A stretch of DNA of 64,000 nt from an uncultured Acidobacteriota bacterium (lineage in GTDB: Bacteria; Acidobacteriota; JAQAZP01), in assembly GCA_963836075.1 (NCBI GenBank), contig CAWIIB010000009.1:704001-768000 (forward strand), given 5' to 3'. A model generated the notes under the pieces. It saw only the letters and a list, made by a program, of their open reading frames with translations, did not search any database and was not told the DNA's origin. A program made the position numbers and the translations under genes. Each line of letters opens with the position of its first letter. Positions within the stretch are counted from its first letter, which is position 1. Shown here one piece after another: positions 1 to 10,996 of this stretch.

Positions 1-60
1 GCCTACCCGGACGGATGGACCAGGGGTGTCAGCGTGGCCGCCGGGAAGTTTGGCGGGTGA
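1..60 (+). CDS. 3' end of a gene truncated by the window edge; ends like the FG-GAP-like C-terminal module
   Basis: Frame 1 reads AYPDGWTRGVSVAAGKFGG*, resembling the C-termini AYSGLTSGTNAAGGLFEQ* (42836) and AYDGWINCGGRAAVGRLE* (19297). Confidence 0.6.
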   Translation, partial: AYPDGWTRGVSVAAGKFGG

Positions 61-95
61 GGGGCTTTAACTGAAAACCGATTCGGCCGTTGGTG

Positions 96-3000
96 CTATT
101 CCCGCCACCGGGCCGCCTCGGCCGGTTTGCCCCATGCTTCGTAAAGTCTGACAAGACTCTGGAAATTATACCGCTGCAGCCTGGGGCGGTTCTTCCCGTA
201 TTCGCGCACCAGTTCATGGGCGTTAAGTAGCAGGGACTCCGCCTCGGTGAATCGTCCACTACGTGTCAGGCACTCTGCCAGGGTTGTCTGGAATCCGGCG
301 TAACCGGCAGGATTGTCCCGTTCTTCCAGGTTGTTCTGCATCGTGCGCAGGGCATCCCGCAATTCTGTCTCCGCTGATTGGAGATTTCCTCCTCGAAGAT
401 GAGCCAGGCCGAGGATCATTTTCGCCTCCCCGGTGGCCCAGTAGTTCTCTCCTCGCGCCTCTTTCCAATACCTGATCTGATCCTGCCCGATTTGAACCGC
501 TTCTTCCGTCGCTCCCAGATGAGCCAGTTCCGTACCGAGTCGCAGTTCCGCAAGTCGACAGCGATTGATCCCTGCCTCTCCCAGGGGGGTGCACGTTTCA
601 GCAACCCGTCTGAACAGGGCGACCGCCTCCTGCCCCTGATCGCACCAGGCGAATCTGCGCCCAACGGGATAGAGCACATTTTCTGCGTACTCAAGTGACG
701 CCTTTCCATGAGCTTCAATTACCAGTCTCTCTGCCTGCGCCAGGCGGCTGTTCGCCTCGACCTGCTTTCCCTGGGCGGCCAGTGCTCCGCAAAGAAAGAC
801 CAGCGCCTGAACCTGATCATCAGCATTCGGCTCACTCATCCCCTCGTGCAATTCCACCGCCTCGAGAAGAACCGCCTCAGCTGCCGCCCACAAGCCTTCA
901 TCGACAAGACTCTCGCCAAAGTCACGGAGGTCCTCGGCGATATCGACCTGCTCCCTGTCCGCCTGTTGCCGCATCGAGCGAACCTGGAGAAGGGTTTCCG
1001 CTTTTGCACCATCCAGATCGCCCGCCAGGGTGAGATAGCGCACCAATCCCAGGACGAGCGTCTCGGCATTGGGAGTGTTTCTGGACTCGAGAAGGGCCAC
1101 TGCCTGCCGCTGAACTTCGATGGCCCGGGGCAGATTCCCGGTCATCCGGCAGCCCCGGGCCAGAGTGTCCAGAAGCAGACTGGAGTCCTCCGGAGGCACC
1201 GCACGGATGGCCTTTTCTGCCACAGGGAGTGCCGCTTCAGGATCGCGAAGGTCGGGGGGCCAGCAGGTGAGCAGTTCCCAGGCGTATTCATTGAGCGCTT
1301 CGGGGCCGGCATCATCAGCTTCCGCACGACGTCGGAGATCAGCCAGATGGTCCCTGACATAGTCCCGGGCTTCACCGTGGCGTCCGGCGGCCCGCAGCCC
1401 TGCCAGCAGGTGTCCTTCCGCGTACATGGTCCAGGTGTTCGACTCGCCATGCGTCTCCAGGCAGGCGTCGTAAATTTCACGGTAGAGCCGAAGTGCCTCG
1501 TCCGTCTTCCCCCGCCGCAACAGCAGGTCCGCCAGGTCCCGGGAGAGGACCCAACTGCTGGGCGAAGCGTTCCCCTCGTTTTTCTTGAACACGCGGAGCG
1601 CCCGTCGCCAGAGGTCTTCCTTCTCGTCAAACTCCTTCGAGCGCTGTAGGCTGCGGCCGAGGCCCATCATGGCGAAGGCGGTTGACGGGTGATCGGGTCC
1701 GAGCACTCGCTCGATGTTCTCCAGGGAGGCTTTCCAGCTGTTTTTCCCCGGCCTCGTATTCTCTCTGGAAATTCAGCGCCCAGCCGAGGGTCGTTTCGGC
1801 ATACAACGCCAGCGCATCATCGGAGCTGAAGTGCCGCCGGGTGATCTCGAGGGCTTCGCGGGTCAGCTCTTCGGCCTCCTTACCGCGGTTACCCCACATG
1901 TGCCAGTGGGCCCACTCCAGAAGGGTGAACACCACGTCCCGGTGCTTGTTGCCCAGAACCCGGCGCTGCTTCTCCAGGGTGTCGCGAAACACATCGGTTG
2001 CCGAAGAGAATTTCCCCTCATTGTCCAGCAGCGAGGTGCTGCGGTCCACGGTCAGGGTTTGGGCCAGAAAGGTGGTGGCGGAAAGGGTGTTCGGGTGCTC
2101 CGGCCCGTAGATCCGCTCGAAACCGTTCCGCGCCGCCTTGACCATTTTCGCATCCATCAGCAGGTATCCGAGCTGTAGCTCGGAGCGCAACCGGTCGGGA
2201 TGATCCTCGGGGAGGATGCCGGCCCGGATCTCAACCGCCCGTTCCAGGTGCGGTCTCGCATCCTCCAGATGTCCGAGCCCGGCCAGGGTGATCCCGATGG
2301 TCTCCCGCGCTTCCGCCTCCAGCCCAGGCTTCCCCCGGAATGTTTCTTCGAGCCTTTCGCCACCCCGTTTCAGCATCTCCACCACCGAAACGTTGCGGTC
2401 GAACACGCCCTTGGTGGTGCCGGTGACGGCCTCCTCGGGGGCGAAGGCGGAGTGGAGGCGCAGTTGCTGGGGATCCACCGAGCCGAGCATGTCGGAAAAG
2501 AAACTGTTGATCGCCCTTGCCGACTCCGCCTCGGCCCGGGCCACGGCCCGCTCCCTCGAGGCCTGGGTAAAACCGATCATGGAGAGCACCATCCCGGCGA
2601 ACAGGGCCAGCCCCACAACAGTGGCCACTCCCACCGCGGCCCGGTGGCGTCCGACGAACTTGCGCGCCCGGTAGATGGCGCTGGGCGGGCTGGCCAGCAC
2701 CGGCTCCCCGTTGAGATAGCGCCGCACGTCGAACATCATGCCGTTGGCCGTCTCGTAGCGCCGGGTGCGGTCCTTCTCCAGGGCCTTCATCACGATGCAG
2801 TCGAGATCACCTTTGAGATGCTTCCGCAGCCCCTCCCGGTCGGTCTGCTGGTGCTCGGCGGTGCTGGTGGCATCCCGGCCCAGGGTCTGGATGCGGGTCG
2901 ATGGTTTGTGCGGGCTTTCCTCCCGGATCAGTTTCTGGATGTCCGCATGGGACAGGCTCTTCAGCCGCTGGACATCGAAGGGCGTGGTCCCGGTGAGCAG

Positions 3001-3732
3001 TTCGTAGAGCAGAACGCCGAGGGAATAGATGTCGGTGCGTGCATCCACGTCCAGACCCGACATCTCCGCCTGCTCCGGGCTCATGTAGACCGGCGTGCCC
3101 ATGAACTGGTGATACTCGGTGAACAGGGTCTTCTCGGTCAGCCGCTGGTGCAGCGCCTTGGCGATGCCGAAATCGATGACCTTGGGCACCGGCACCCCGT
3201 CGTGCAGGGTGACCAGCACGTTGGACGGCTTGAGGTCGCGGTGGATGATCCCCTTGTGATGGGCATGCTGAATGGCCTGGCAGATCCTGGTGAAGAGCTC
3301 CAGACGGTCAGTGGTGGAGAGTTTGTTCTTTTCACAGTAATCGGTGACCGGGACACCCCGGACCAGTTCCATGACGAAGTACGGCCGGCCGGTCTCCGTG
3401 GCACCGGCATCCAGCACCCGGGCGATGTTGGGGTGGTCCATCAGGGCCAGCGCCTGGCGCTCGGCCTCGAAGCGGGCGATCACCTGTTTGGTGTCCATGC
3501 CCAGCTTGATGATCTTCAGCGCCACCTTGCGGCGCACCGGTTCCTGCTGCTCGGCCATGTACACCGTGCCGAACCCGCCCTCGCCGATCAGCTGCAGGAT
3601 CTTGTAGCGGCCGATCCGGTCCCCCGGGCTGTCGGTGGAGGAGGAACAGTCCACAGTGGGCGCCGCATCGGGCCAGGACTGGTTTGCCCGTTCGCTGCCC
3701 TGGTCATTGCGGCTGTCGTTTGTTCGGTTCAT
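96..3732 (-). CDS. Hanks-type Ser/Thr kinase with TM helix and C-terminal TPR repeats; +1 frameshift near 1735 (ORFs 1627-3732 and 96-1706)
   Basis: [30 protein letters not shown]; [25 protein letters not shown]; LGxDHP-type TPRs; removing one base joins EKQL to [16 protein letters not shown]. Confidence 0.9.
2631..3670. repeat. Copy 1 of a ~1.04 kb direct repeat (kinase domain)
   Basis: Aligns to 5275-6314 at constant offset 2644, with few substitutions in the core. Confidence 0.95.
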
Positions 3733-3787
3733 GGGATTCCTCGTTGCAAATTACCGTTGCCGAAGCGGCGGCGGTGAAATTCGACTA

Positions 3788-6370
3788 TCACACACCTGGC
3801 CCGCCGACAGGCCCACCCTGGAGAGCGAGGAACAATACGTCGTCTCCTGCAGCGCTGCGATCGTCCTTGTTCTCGAACCGTCGACCCCGACCGCCGTCAT
3901 CGATCCCGTTTGGCCCGACCGCGTACAGCAGCGGTGCACCGTCAACGATCCGGTATATGAAATCGTGGCCGAAATAATTCCGATAGAGTGGCTCCAGCTC
4001 GAATGCGGCCAGCGCCTCGTCAATGTTCTCCGGCCACCCTCCGTTTGCATGTCGGAACACGCTGATCGCGGCCGCGACCAGCGTGGCATCCCGATTCATC
4101 CGGGCTTCACGTCGAAGTTCGATCGCACGCGTGAAGTCTGGAATCAGAGGGTTGAGCGCCGGGTGGTCCTTGAACTGCTGCTCCAGCCGGGTGTGTTCGG
4201 CCCTGATCTCGCGAAAGCTGGCGTCCTGTTGGATGTGAAGCCGATCGCATAGCCCCTTTATGACGGAGAGCGCCCGCTCGAAATCCAGCGCTTCGGCATC
4301 CGCAATCATGGCCGGTGACGGATCGGCATACGGGTTCTCTTCTACCCCCCACTCATCCGCCAGACCGCGGAGACGAGCAAGATCGAGCCGGGCAGGTGCC
4401 CGTGCGTTGGTCTTCACGAACGCTTCATTCAGCATCTGTCGCAACGTGCGCACTTCAATGATGGAAGTGTACTCGAAGTCAGGAAGGGGTGGAGCCTGCA
4501 GTAAAAATGCCGAGTAAGCAGGCGGAAGTGGTCCGTTCGCGACCGCGTCGGTCACCATCCAGCGGTACGCGTTGTGGATGACGTTTCGGCACGAGATCTC
4601 AACCAGGGCGTTGATCAGGGTGGCGCCATCACCGATATAGCGCGAGATGCGCAAAGCGGCGTTCAGGTCCACGATCGCCAAATCACAGCTGTCTTCATCA
4701 TGGTGAACAAGCGCGCTCGCGCAGAGCACCTCCGCCCCGAACCGGGCTTCCTGGAGGGCCGGCAGGAGAAATCTGACCAGCAGGTCACCACCGGATGAAG
4801 CCCCGAAGTAGAAGCGATGCTGGCTGGTGGACTCGACGAGGCGGCTTACACCTTCCCGATTCGCATGGACCCAGGCCACCGCGACGGGATCCCTGGGCTG
4901 GTCGGGATGTCTCGCGCATGACAGTACAGCTTCCCGCGTCAGAGTATCGAGTGCCGCGACATCAGTGACGGAACCGCCATCCGGGGCCGTCGGGAACAGT
5001 CCGGTAATCCATTCGGTCGCCTCGAGATATGTCGTTTCCGGAGAGTCCTGGGGATATTGCCGGCGGACTTCTGCCGGCAGCAGCGCCGCGAGATCCTGTG
5101 CGCGTCGCAACTGGGGAATGACAGCCTGGTACTCTTCAAAATTCCTGACAACTTCGGCGCGTGCCGCCTCCAAACGAAATTTTGCGTTGGCCCCTTCCGC
5201 TTCGGCGCGACGCCACATCGTCAGCGAAGTGACCAGACCGATCAGGATTACAGCGATAAACCCGGCAATGGTACCCACCGCGGCCCGGTGACGTCCGACG
5301 AACTTCCGCGCCCGGTAGATTGTGCTGGGCGGGCTGGCCAGCACCGGCTCCCCGTTGAGATACCGCCGGATGTCGAACATGAAGCCGTTGGCCGTTTCGT
5401 AGCGCCGGGTGCGGTCCTTCTCCAGGGCCTTCATCACGATGCAGTCCAGGTCGCCCTTGAGATGCCGGCGCAGCCCCTCCCGATCGGTTTGCTGGTGCTC
5501 GGCGGTGCTGGTGGCATCCCGGCCCAGGGTCTGGATGCGGGTGGATGGTTTGTGCGGGCTTTCCTCCCGGATCAGTTTCTGGATGTCCGCATGGGACAGG
5601 CTCTTCAGCCGCTGGACATCGAAGGGCGTGGTCCCGGTGAGCAGTTCGTAGAGCAGAACGCCGAGGGAATAGATGTCGGTGCGTGCATCCACGTCCAGAC
5701 CCGACATCTCTGCCTGCTCCGGGCTCATGTAGACCGGCGTGCCCATGAACTGGTGATACTCGGTGAACAGGGTCTTCTCGGTCAGCCGCTGGTGCAGCGC
5801 CTTGGCGATGCCGAAATCGATGACCTTGGGCACCGGCACCCCGTCGTGCAGGGTGACCAGCACGTTGGACGGCTTGAGGTCGCGGTGGATGATCCCCTTG
5901 TGATGGGCATGCTGAATGGACTGGCAGATCCTGGTGAAGAGCTCCAGACGGTCAGTGGTGGAGAGTTTGTTCTTTTCACAGTAATTGGTGACCGGGACAC
6001 CCCGGACCAGTTCCATGACGAAGTACGGCCGGCCGGTCTCCGTGGCACCGGCATCCAGCACCCGGGCGATGTTGGGGTGGTCCATCAGGGCCAGCGCCTG
6101 GCGCTCGGCCTCGAAGCGGGCGATCACCTGCTTGGTGTCCATGCCCAGCTTGATGATCTTCAACGCCACCTTGCGGCGCACCGGCTCCTGCTGCTCCGCC
6201 ATATACACCGTGCCGAACCCGCCCTCGCCGATGAGCTGCAGGATCTTGTAGCGGCCGATCCGGTCCCCCGGTCTGTCGGTGGTGGAAGAACAGTCCACGG
6301 TGGGCGATGCATCGGGAATTGACGGTCGATCCCTGTCTTCAGTGGAGCAGTGGTCGTCGAAATCGTTCAT
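3788..6370 (-). CDS. Hanks-type Ser/Thr kinase with TM helix and a helical/GspG-like C-terminal domain
   Basis: Same kinase motifs; [23 protein letters not shown]; C-terminal [16 protein letters not shown]. Confidence 0.92.
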   Translation of the reverse strand: MNDFDDHCSTEDRDRPSIPDASPTVDCSSTTDRPGDRIGRYKILQLIGEGGFGTVYMAEQQEPVRRKVALKIIKLGMDTKQVIARFEAERQALALMDHPNIARVLDAGATETGRPYFVMELVRGVPVTNYCEKNKLSTTDRLELFTRICQSIQHAHHKGIIHRDLKPSNVLVTLHDGVPVPKVIDFGIAKALHQRLTEKTLFTEYHQFMGTPVYMSPEQAEMSGLDVDARTDIYSLGVLLYELLTGTTPFDVQRLKSLSHADIQKLIREESPHKPSTRIQTLGRDATSTAEHQQTDREGLRRHLKGDLDCIVMKALEKDRTRRYETANGFMFDIRRYLNGEPVLASPPSTIYRARKFVGRHRAAVGTIAGFIAVILIGLVTSLTMWRRAEAEGANAKFRLEAARAEVVRNFEEYQAVIPQLRRAQDLAALLPAEVRRQYPQDSPETTYLEATEWITGLFPTAPDGGSVTDVAALDTLTREAVLSCARHPDQPRDPVAVAWVHANREGVSRLVESTSQHRFYFGASSGGDLLVRFLLPALQEARFGAEVLCASALVHHDEDSCDLAIVDLNAALRISRYIGDGATLINALVEISCRNVIHNAYRWMVTDAVANGPLPPAYSAFLLQAPPLPDFEYTSIIEVRTLRQMLNEAFVKTNARAPARLDLARLRGLADEWGVEENPYADPSPAMIADAEALDFERALSVIKGLCDRLHIQQDASFREIRAEHTRLEQQFKDHPALNPLIPDFTRAIELRREARMNRDATLVAAAISVFRHANGGWPENIDEALAAFELEPLYRNYFGHDFIYRIVDGAPLLYAVGPNGIDDGGRGRRFENKDDRSAAGDDVLFLALQGGPVGGPGV
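5275..6314. repeat. Copy 2 of the ~1.04 kb direct repeat (kinase domain)
   Basis: Near-identical to 2631-3670. Confidence 0.95.
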
Positions 6371-6546
6371 GGGAAACCTCGATACCGACTAGCGTACCCG
6401 AAGCGGCGCACGGATAGAGAAGTTCGGGAAAGGGCAAGGAAAGAAAAAACGTCAGGTTTGCTTGAAGAAGCTCAACAAATAACAACGGGCAAAACCCGGC
6501 CTTTCCTCATCCGGAAAGGGCAGGGCCGCCCGCAGATCCGACATTC

Positions 6547-8175
6547 TCAGTCTTTCTTCCGCCGGAGCAGCATCATGGTGACGTCATCGTCGAAGCTGTC
6601 CCCGCCGTGGAACCCGCACAGCTCGTCCATCACCGCCCCGGTCATCTCGTTGAGCGGCCGGCCGCATTCGCGGGTCAGGATCTCCGAGAGCCTTTCCTTT
6701 TCGAAAGCCTCCTCCTCCGGGTTCTCGGCCTCGGTGACCCCGTCGGTGTACAGGGCCAGCAGTTCACCCGGCTGAAGGGTCAACTCCCCCTGGGTGAAAC
6801 GGGCTGTCTCGAACATGCCGGCGGCCATGCCTGTGGAGTCGATGGAATCCACCCGGCCGCTCCGGCACAGGTGCAGCGGTGGATTGTGGCCGGCGTTCAC
6901 ATACGAGACCCGGCCATCGGCCGGATCGAGAATGCCGAAAAAGAGGGTCACGAAATGCACCGAATCGGTTGAACGCCAGAGATCGCGATTGAGGCGGGTG
7001 ATCAACCGCTCTGGCGACCAGAGCTCTTCGGCCAGCAGACGGACAATGGGCATGATGTGCGAGACCAGCAGGGCGGCGCCCAGGCCCTTGCCGGTGACGT
7101 CCCCGAAGAGGAAGGCCAGCCGGCCGTCGGGCAGCAGCTGCGAATCGTAGAGGTCGCCGCCCACGGTGAAACAGGGCTTCCAGAAGGCGTGCAGGTCATA
7201 CCCCTCCACCTGGGTCACCGTCTCCGGCAGGATCTGGTCGAGGATCTCCCGCGCCGCCGCCACATCCCGCTGCAGCCGGCGCTGTTCCTCTTCCAGGGCC
7301 GTCACCCGGGCCTGAGTGATCTTTACCGCGGAGAGGTTGGCCAGGATGCCGAACGTCCGCAGGTCATCTTCGGTGTATGAGACCCTCATGTCCGCCGTGT
7401 CGGCGTAGAGAAACCCGATGACGTTTTCGTTGTCGAAGAGCGGGGCGGCCATGGCCGAATGGAGGCCCTGGGCAATGATGCTTTCCTGGGCGTTGAACCT
7501 CGAGTCGAGCAGCGCATTGGCGGTCACGAATGCCGCCTTATCCTTCATCACCTTGTCCACCATGGTGCGGCTCAGCATCATCCGGTTCCGGTTCTCTCGG
7601 CCCTGAAACTTCTGGGCCTTCACCGTCAGGTCCTCGTCGTCCTCGGAGAGGAGCAGCAGCGCGCGACCGGGATTGAAGGTCTTGACCACCAGGTCCAGGA
7701 TCACCTCGAACAGCTCGTCCAGCGGCATGCAGACCGCCAGGAGTTCCCCGGCATCCACCAGGACCTGGAACCGGTCGGGCTGATCGTCCCGCCGGGGGCC
7801 TTGTGGATTGCGAATCTCCTCCCAGGAGAGCCCGGTGCGGGCCAGAGCGTCGTCTTCCGGCGCGTAGTACTCGTTGATCGAGATCTCACGGTCCGACAAC
7901 CGCAGGGTGACATCGGCCATGGTCAGCCGGTCACCGTTGACCATGGAGGTCGGCTGCTCGATGCGGACGCCGTTGACGCTGGTACCGTTGTGCGAGCCGA
8001 GATCGGTCACCACCACGGATTCGCCGCTGACCACCAGTTCCAGGTGCCGCCGGGACACGCCGGGGTGGTCGACACAGAACTGGCAGTCGAGGGAGCGTCC
8101 CAGGATGTGCCGGCCTTCGGTCAGGGGAAACCGGATCGCCCGCTGGTCCAGATGTCCGTTGAGGAAGAAAGGCAT
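6547..8175 (-). CDS. FHA-GAF-SpoIIE/PP2C phosphatase (RsbU-like)
   Basis: FHA GR..VSRRH..DLGSHNGT; GAF SAMAAPL..GFLYAD; PP2C VGGDLYD, GDVTGKG, NAGH, YTDG, DDVT. Confidence 0.92.
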   Translation of the reverse strand: MPFFLNGHLDQRAIRFPLTEGRHILGRSLDCQFCVDHPGVSRRHLELVVSGESVVVTDLGSHNGTSVNGVRIEQPTSMVNGDRLTMADVTLRLSDREISINEYYAPEDDALARTGLSWEEIRNPQGPRRDDQPDRFQVLVDAGELLAVCMPLDELFEVILDLVVKTFNPGRALLLLSEDDEDLTVKAQKFQGRENRNRMMLSRTMVDKVMKDKAAFVTANALLDSRFNAQESIIAQGLHSAMAAPLFDNENVIGFLYADTADMRVSYTEDDLRTFGILANLSAVKITQARVTALEEEQRRLQRDVAAAREILDQILPETVTQVEGYDLHAFWKPCFTVGGDLYDSQLLPDGRLAFLFGDVTGKGLGAALLVSHIMPIVRLLAEELWSPERLITRLNRDLWRSTDSVHFVTLFFGILDPADGRVSYVNAGHNPPLHLCRSGRVDSIDSTGMAAGMFETARFTQGELTLQPGELLALYTDGVTEAENPEEEAFEKERLSEILTRECGRPLNEMTGAVMDELCGFHGGDSFDDDVTMMLLRRKKD

Positions 8176-8182
8176 TGGTTGA

Positions 8183-8527
8183 TCAGTCCCCACTCAACTG
8201 CTGCAGGGCATCTTCCACTGTGGGAGAGACCTTCATCACGCGCATCAGGCCGACCATGATGATCGGTCTCTCTGTCTTTTCCGAAAGGCCTGAAAACCTC
8301 AGAGCCGCACCGGCGTTTTCTGTGGAACTGACGATGGAGGCCAGGATTCCGACCCCGGCACTGTCCAGCTTGTCGACAGCACTGAGATCGACGATCACTT
8401 TTTCGGTCCCTTCGGTGATACTGTTCCGAACATCATCGAGAAACGAGTAACAGTCCGGATGTCCGCGGAGATTGCCGGCCACCTCATAAATACGGACGCC
8501 CTGTTGTTCATGACAGTTGACCTTCAT
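8183..8527 (-). CDS. STAS-domain anti-sigma-factor antagonist (RsbV/SpoIIAA-like)
   Basis: VIVDLSAVDKLDSAGVG with the phosphoacceptor Ser; GGAGG RBS. Confidence 0.88.
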   Translation of the reverse strand: MKVNCHEQQGVRIYEVAGNLRGHPDCYSFLDDVRNSITEGTEKVIVDLSAVDKLDSAGVGILASIVSSTENAGAALRFSGLSEKTERPIIMVGLMRVMKVSPTVEDALQQLSGD

Positions 8528-8686
8528 CGGGATCTCCTCCGGTTGGATAAACATCGATTGCCGGATCAGATGGCAGCTGCATCCAGCCTTTCCTGTTAAA
8601 AGTTATCCCAGGGTAATATTCAATTTTTGCACAGGAAGCGGATACCACACAACCGGAGGGCCGCATTGGTGGACTCGCGGCCCACC

Positions 8687-9514
8687 CTACCCGGCAGAGC
8701 TTTCCGGCAATGCGGCAACGAACTCAAGCCACAACGAGTCAAGGCTAATCCCGTACTGCTCCTCCAGTGACATGCCGAAGTCCCGGCCGTCATACAGGGC
8801 GAGCAGGTGGCGGTTCAGCGCCTCGGGGTCCCTCTCCTGCAGGAAGTCGAGAAAGAGGCGGGACTGGCTGTGCAGCAGGGGCCAGGAGACCCCGTACTGC
8901 GCAGCATCCTTGAGCAGGAAATAGCCTTCCGTATCCGGATGGAAGTGCCGGCCCGAAGCCAGCGCCTGCATCGCCTCCTCCCTGGAAATGCGGTCGAAAC
9001 CCATGCCGGCGGCCTTGTTGGCCAGCCCCTCGCAGAACCAGGAGGGGAGGTTCCGCCTGCCGCCGTACCGGCCGGCCTGCTGCTTGAGGTGCAGGTGGGA
9101 CAGTTCGTGGGTCAATGTCTGAAGGTGGGTATCCATGCCGTAAAAATCAAAGGCCTTCGGCGAGACCCAGACGTCCCAGGGGAAAGCGATCCCCCGCACC
9201 GGCGCCCGGGGATCCTGGCTGATGTGCCCCATGAAGCTCTCGTGGGACGCCGGCACGTAGACCCGAAACCCCGGCTGGAAGGGGTGCGGCTGCAGGGCCT
9301 CCACCCGGCGGATGGCCTCGGGCAGGACCTCGGCCAGGCGCTCAGCCAGCCCCTCCGCTCCCGGTTCATACCAGAAGCGGGGGTCGCTCTCCAACTGCTC
9401 GAACCCGGAGACCAGACGCAGCGCGGCTCTTGCCTTGGAGGAGAGGAGCAGCAGCAGGGGTGATAAGAGGACGATCAGCAGGATGACCAACAACAACCGT
9501 CGCCTGGTGCTCAT
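8687..9514 (-). CDS. Membrane-anchored peptidase MA-like zinc metalloprotease
   Basis: N-terminal hydrophobic helix; THELSH followed by PSWFCEGLA (gluzincin pattern). Confidence 0.75.
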   Translation of the reverse strand: MSTRRRLLLVILLIVLLSPLLLLLSSKARAALRLVSGFEQLESDPRFWYEPGAEGLAERLAEVLPEAIRRVEALQPHPFQPGFRVYVPASHESFMGHISQDPRAPVRGIAFPWDVWVSPKAFDFYGMDTHLQTLTHELSHLHLKQQAGRYGGRRNLPSWFCEGLANKAAGMGFDRISREEAMQALASGRHFHPDTEGYFLLKDAAQYGVSWPLLHSQSRLFLDFLQERDPEALNRHLLALYDGRDFGMSLEEQYGISLDSLWLEFVAALPESSAG

Positions 9515-9537
9515 CCGCCGGCTTCCTCCCTGGTTTC

Positions 9538-10020
9538 TCAATGGTGCCTGTTTTCCCTGTGATACGACAGTCTATCCGCAATGATACCGGCGAGGTCATC
9601 AGAATCGAATTCCAGCCCCCGGGCATCGATGACCACCCCATCCGTGCCGATCTGGCTTATCGGCTTGTAGAGGATGGAGACCAGGCTTTCTTCCAGGCCC
9701 AGTTGGGAGGCGGCGCTCACGTTGAGGAAGATCCGCTGGCCGTGATGCTGGGACACGCTCTCGATCTGCCCCCAGGGGATGGTGGCGCTCCCCAGCCGGA
9801 GGTCGCAGATCCCCTGATCATCGATGGTGAGAACCGTTCCGCTGTGGAAAAGTGCCTTGATGACATGGATGTTGTTGAACAACAGCAGGACACCATAGAA
9901 GGTCCAGGCCCAACGCCCCCGGGAAGGCGACGAGAAAATCATCAGCGAAACCACCAGCCCGAAAGCCAGGCCCCACAGCGCCTTCCTCTTCGAGTAGCGG
10001 ATCTGAATCGGATCGAACAT
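9538..10020 (-). CDS. Hypothetical membrane protein (two TM helices plus PH-like domain, STM3941-like)
   Basis: Two TM segments, then LTIDDQGI..IPWGQIESV. Confidence 0.65.
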   Translation of the reverse strand: MFDPIQIRYSKRKALWGLAFGLVVSLMIFSSPSRGRWAWTFYGVLLLFNNIHVIKALFHSGTVLTIDDQGICDLRLGSATIPWGQIESVSQHHGQRIFLNVSAASQLGLEESLVSILYKPISQIGTDGVVIDARGLEFDSDDLAGIIADRLSYHRENRHH

Positions 10021-10039
10021 CCCGCACCCCGGGGCTGAA

Positions 10040-10710
10040 TCAGTCGGATCGCACCGTGACCATCTCCAGCGGACCATACGAAACTTCGAGAAGACGAAAT
10101 TCGCCCCACCAGCCGGCACAGCCATCGCCTTCCCGGGCCGTCGGTCGCCTCGCCAAGACGGGTGACATCCATGGGCATGGCTGATTTTCCAGGAGGTGTT
10201 GTCGCTTGATGTCATCATCGAAGGAGAGCACGAAATCATAGGTGAGCCGTATGATCTCACGATATACCTGCTCGTCGGCCATGTCGGTATGGCGTGTTTC
10301 CGGAGCGGCTTCTTCGGCAGTTCGATGAATCAGCACTGGATTCTCGACTGGGACGTGAACAGTTCTTCTCCCATCTCGCCGGTCGGTCGATCTCACTCCG
10401 CTGGATACCCTCCGATTGCAGATATCGGATGGTCCCGTAGCCCACCTCGGCCATCATGCACGGACGTCTCCGGGTATCGGTCCGGGCCGGGCCGTTCGCT
10501 CCGGGAAACCCGTGCGCGACGGAAAGGGCCGGCAAGGACCCCTTCCCACGCGCCGGCTCCATCCTCGCTCGATTGGCTCGACCAGGCGCACGATCTCATC
10601 GACTCGCGCGGGTCGATGCCCAGGGCATCGTCGGGGCCTGATCGCGAGTGGACAGGCGGGGCGGCAACGATCAGGGCAGCGAAGACCAGGACCAGGGCGA
10701 GATGTTTCAT
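10040..10710 (-). CDS. Probable secreted hypothetical protein with several frameshifts
   Basis: Signal peptide MKHLALVLVFAALIVAAPPVHS; protein-like segments switch among three frames. Confidence 0.4.
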
Positions 10711-10870
10711 GGCTCTTCTCCCTCGGCTGGGACATTTTCGGCAACAAGGGGTTCCGGGGTTTCCTTCTCTTCATTGTCTACGATTGCCACCACTTCCCCG
10801 TCCAGCTTCATCAACCGGATGTCCTCGTGATTCTCCCGCCGTTCGAAGAGCCGTCAGGAAATTCGGGGCG

Positions 10871-10899
10871 TTGACGGTTTCCCCTGGGGACAGTATATT
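10871..10899 (+). promoter_or_regulatory. sigma70-type promoter
   Basis: TTGACG-N17-TATATT about 100 bp upstream of the HEAT gene. Confidence 0.6.
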
Positions 10900-10996
10900 T
10901 TCCCAAAATGGATCAAGCAATCGCATCGAGCCCATGACCGGACTGATATTCCCTTTTTGCTATGCAACATCAAGCGTTTCATCTGGAGGCCGGACA

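Noticed and set aside
2631-6314. Kinase duplication as a diversity-generating retroelement
   Set aside because: Differences are not adenine-specific, both copies are coding, and no reverse transcriptase is present
10196-10996. 267-aa N-terminal extension of the HEAT ORF
   Set aside because: Promoter, RBS and signal peptide place the start at 10997; the extension overlaps an opposite-strand gene
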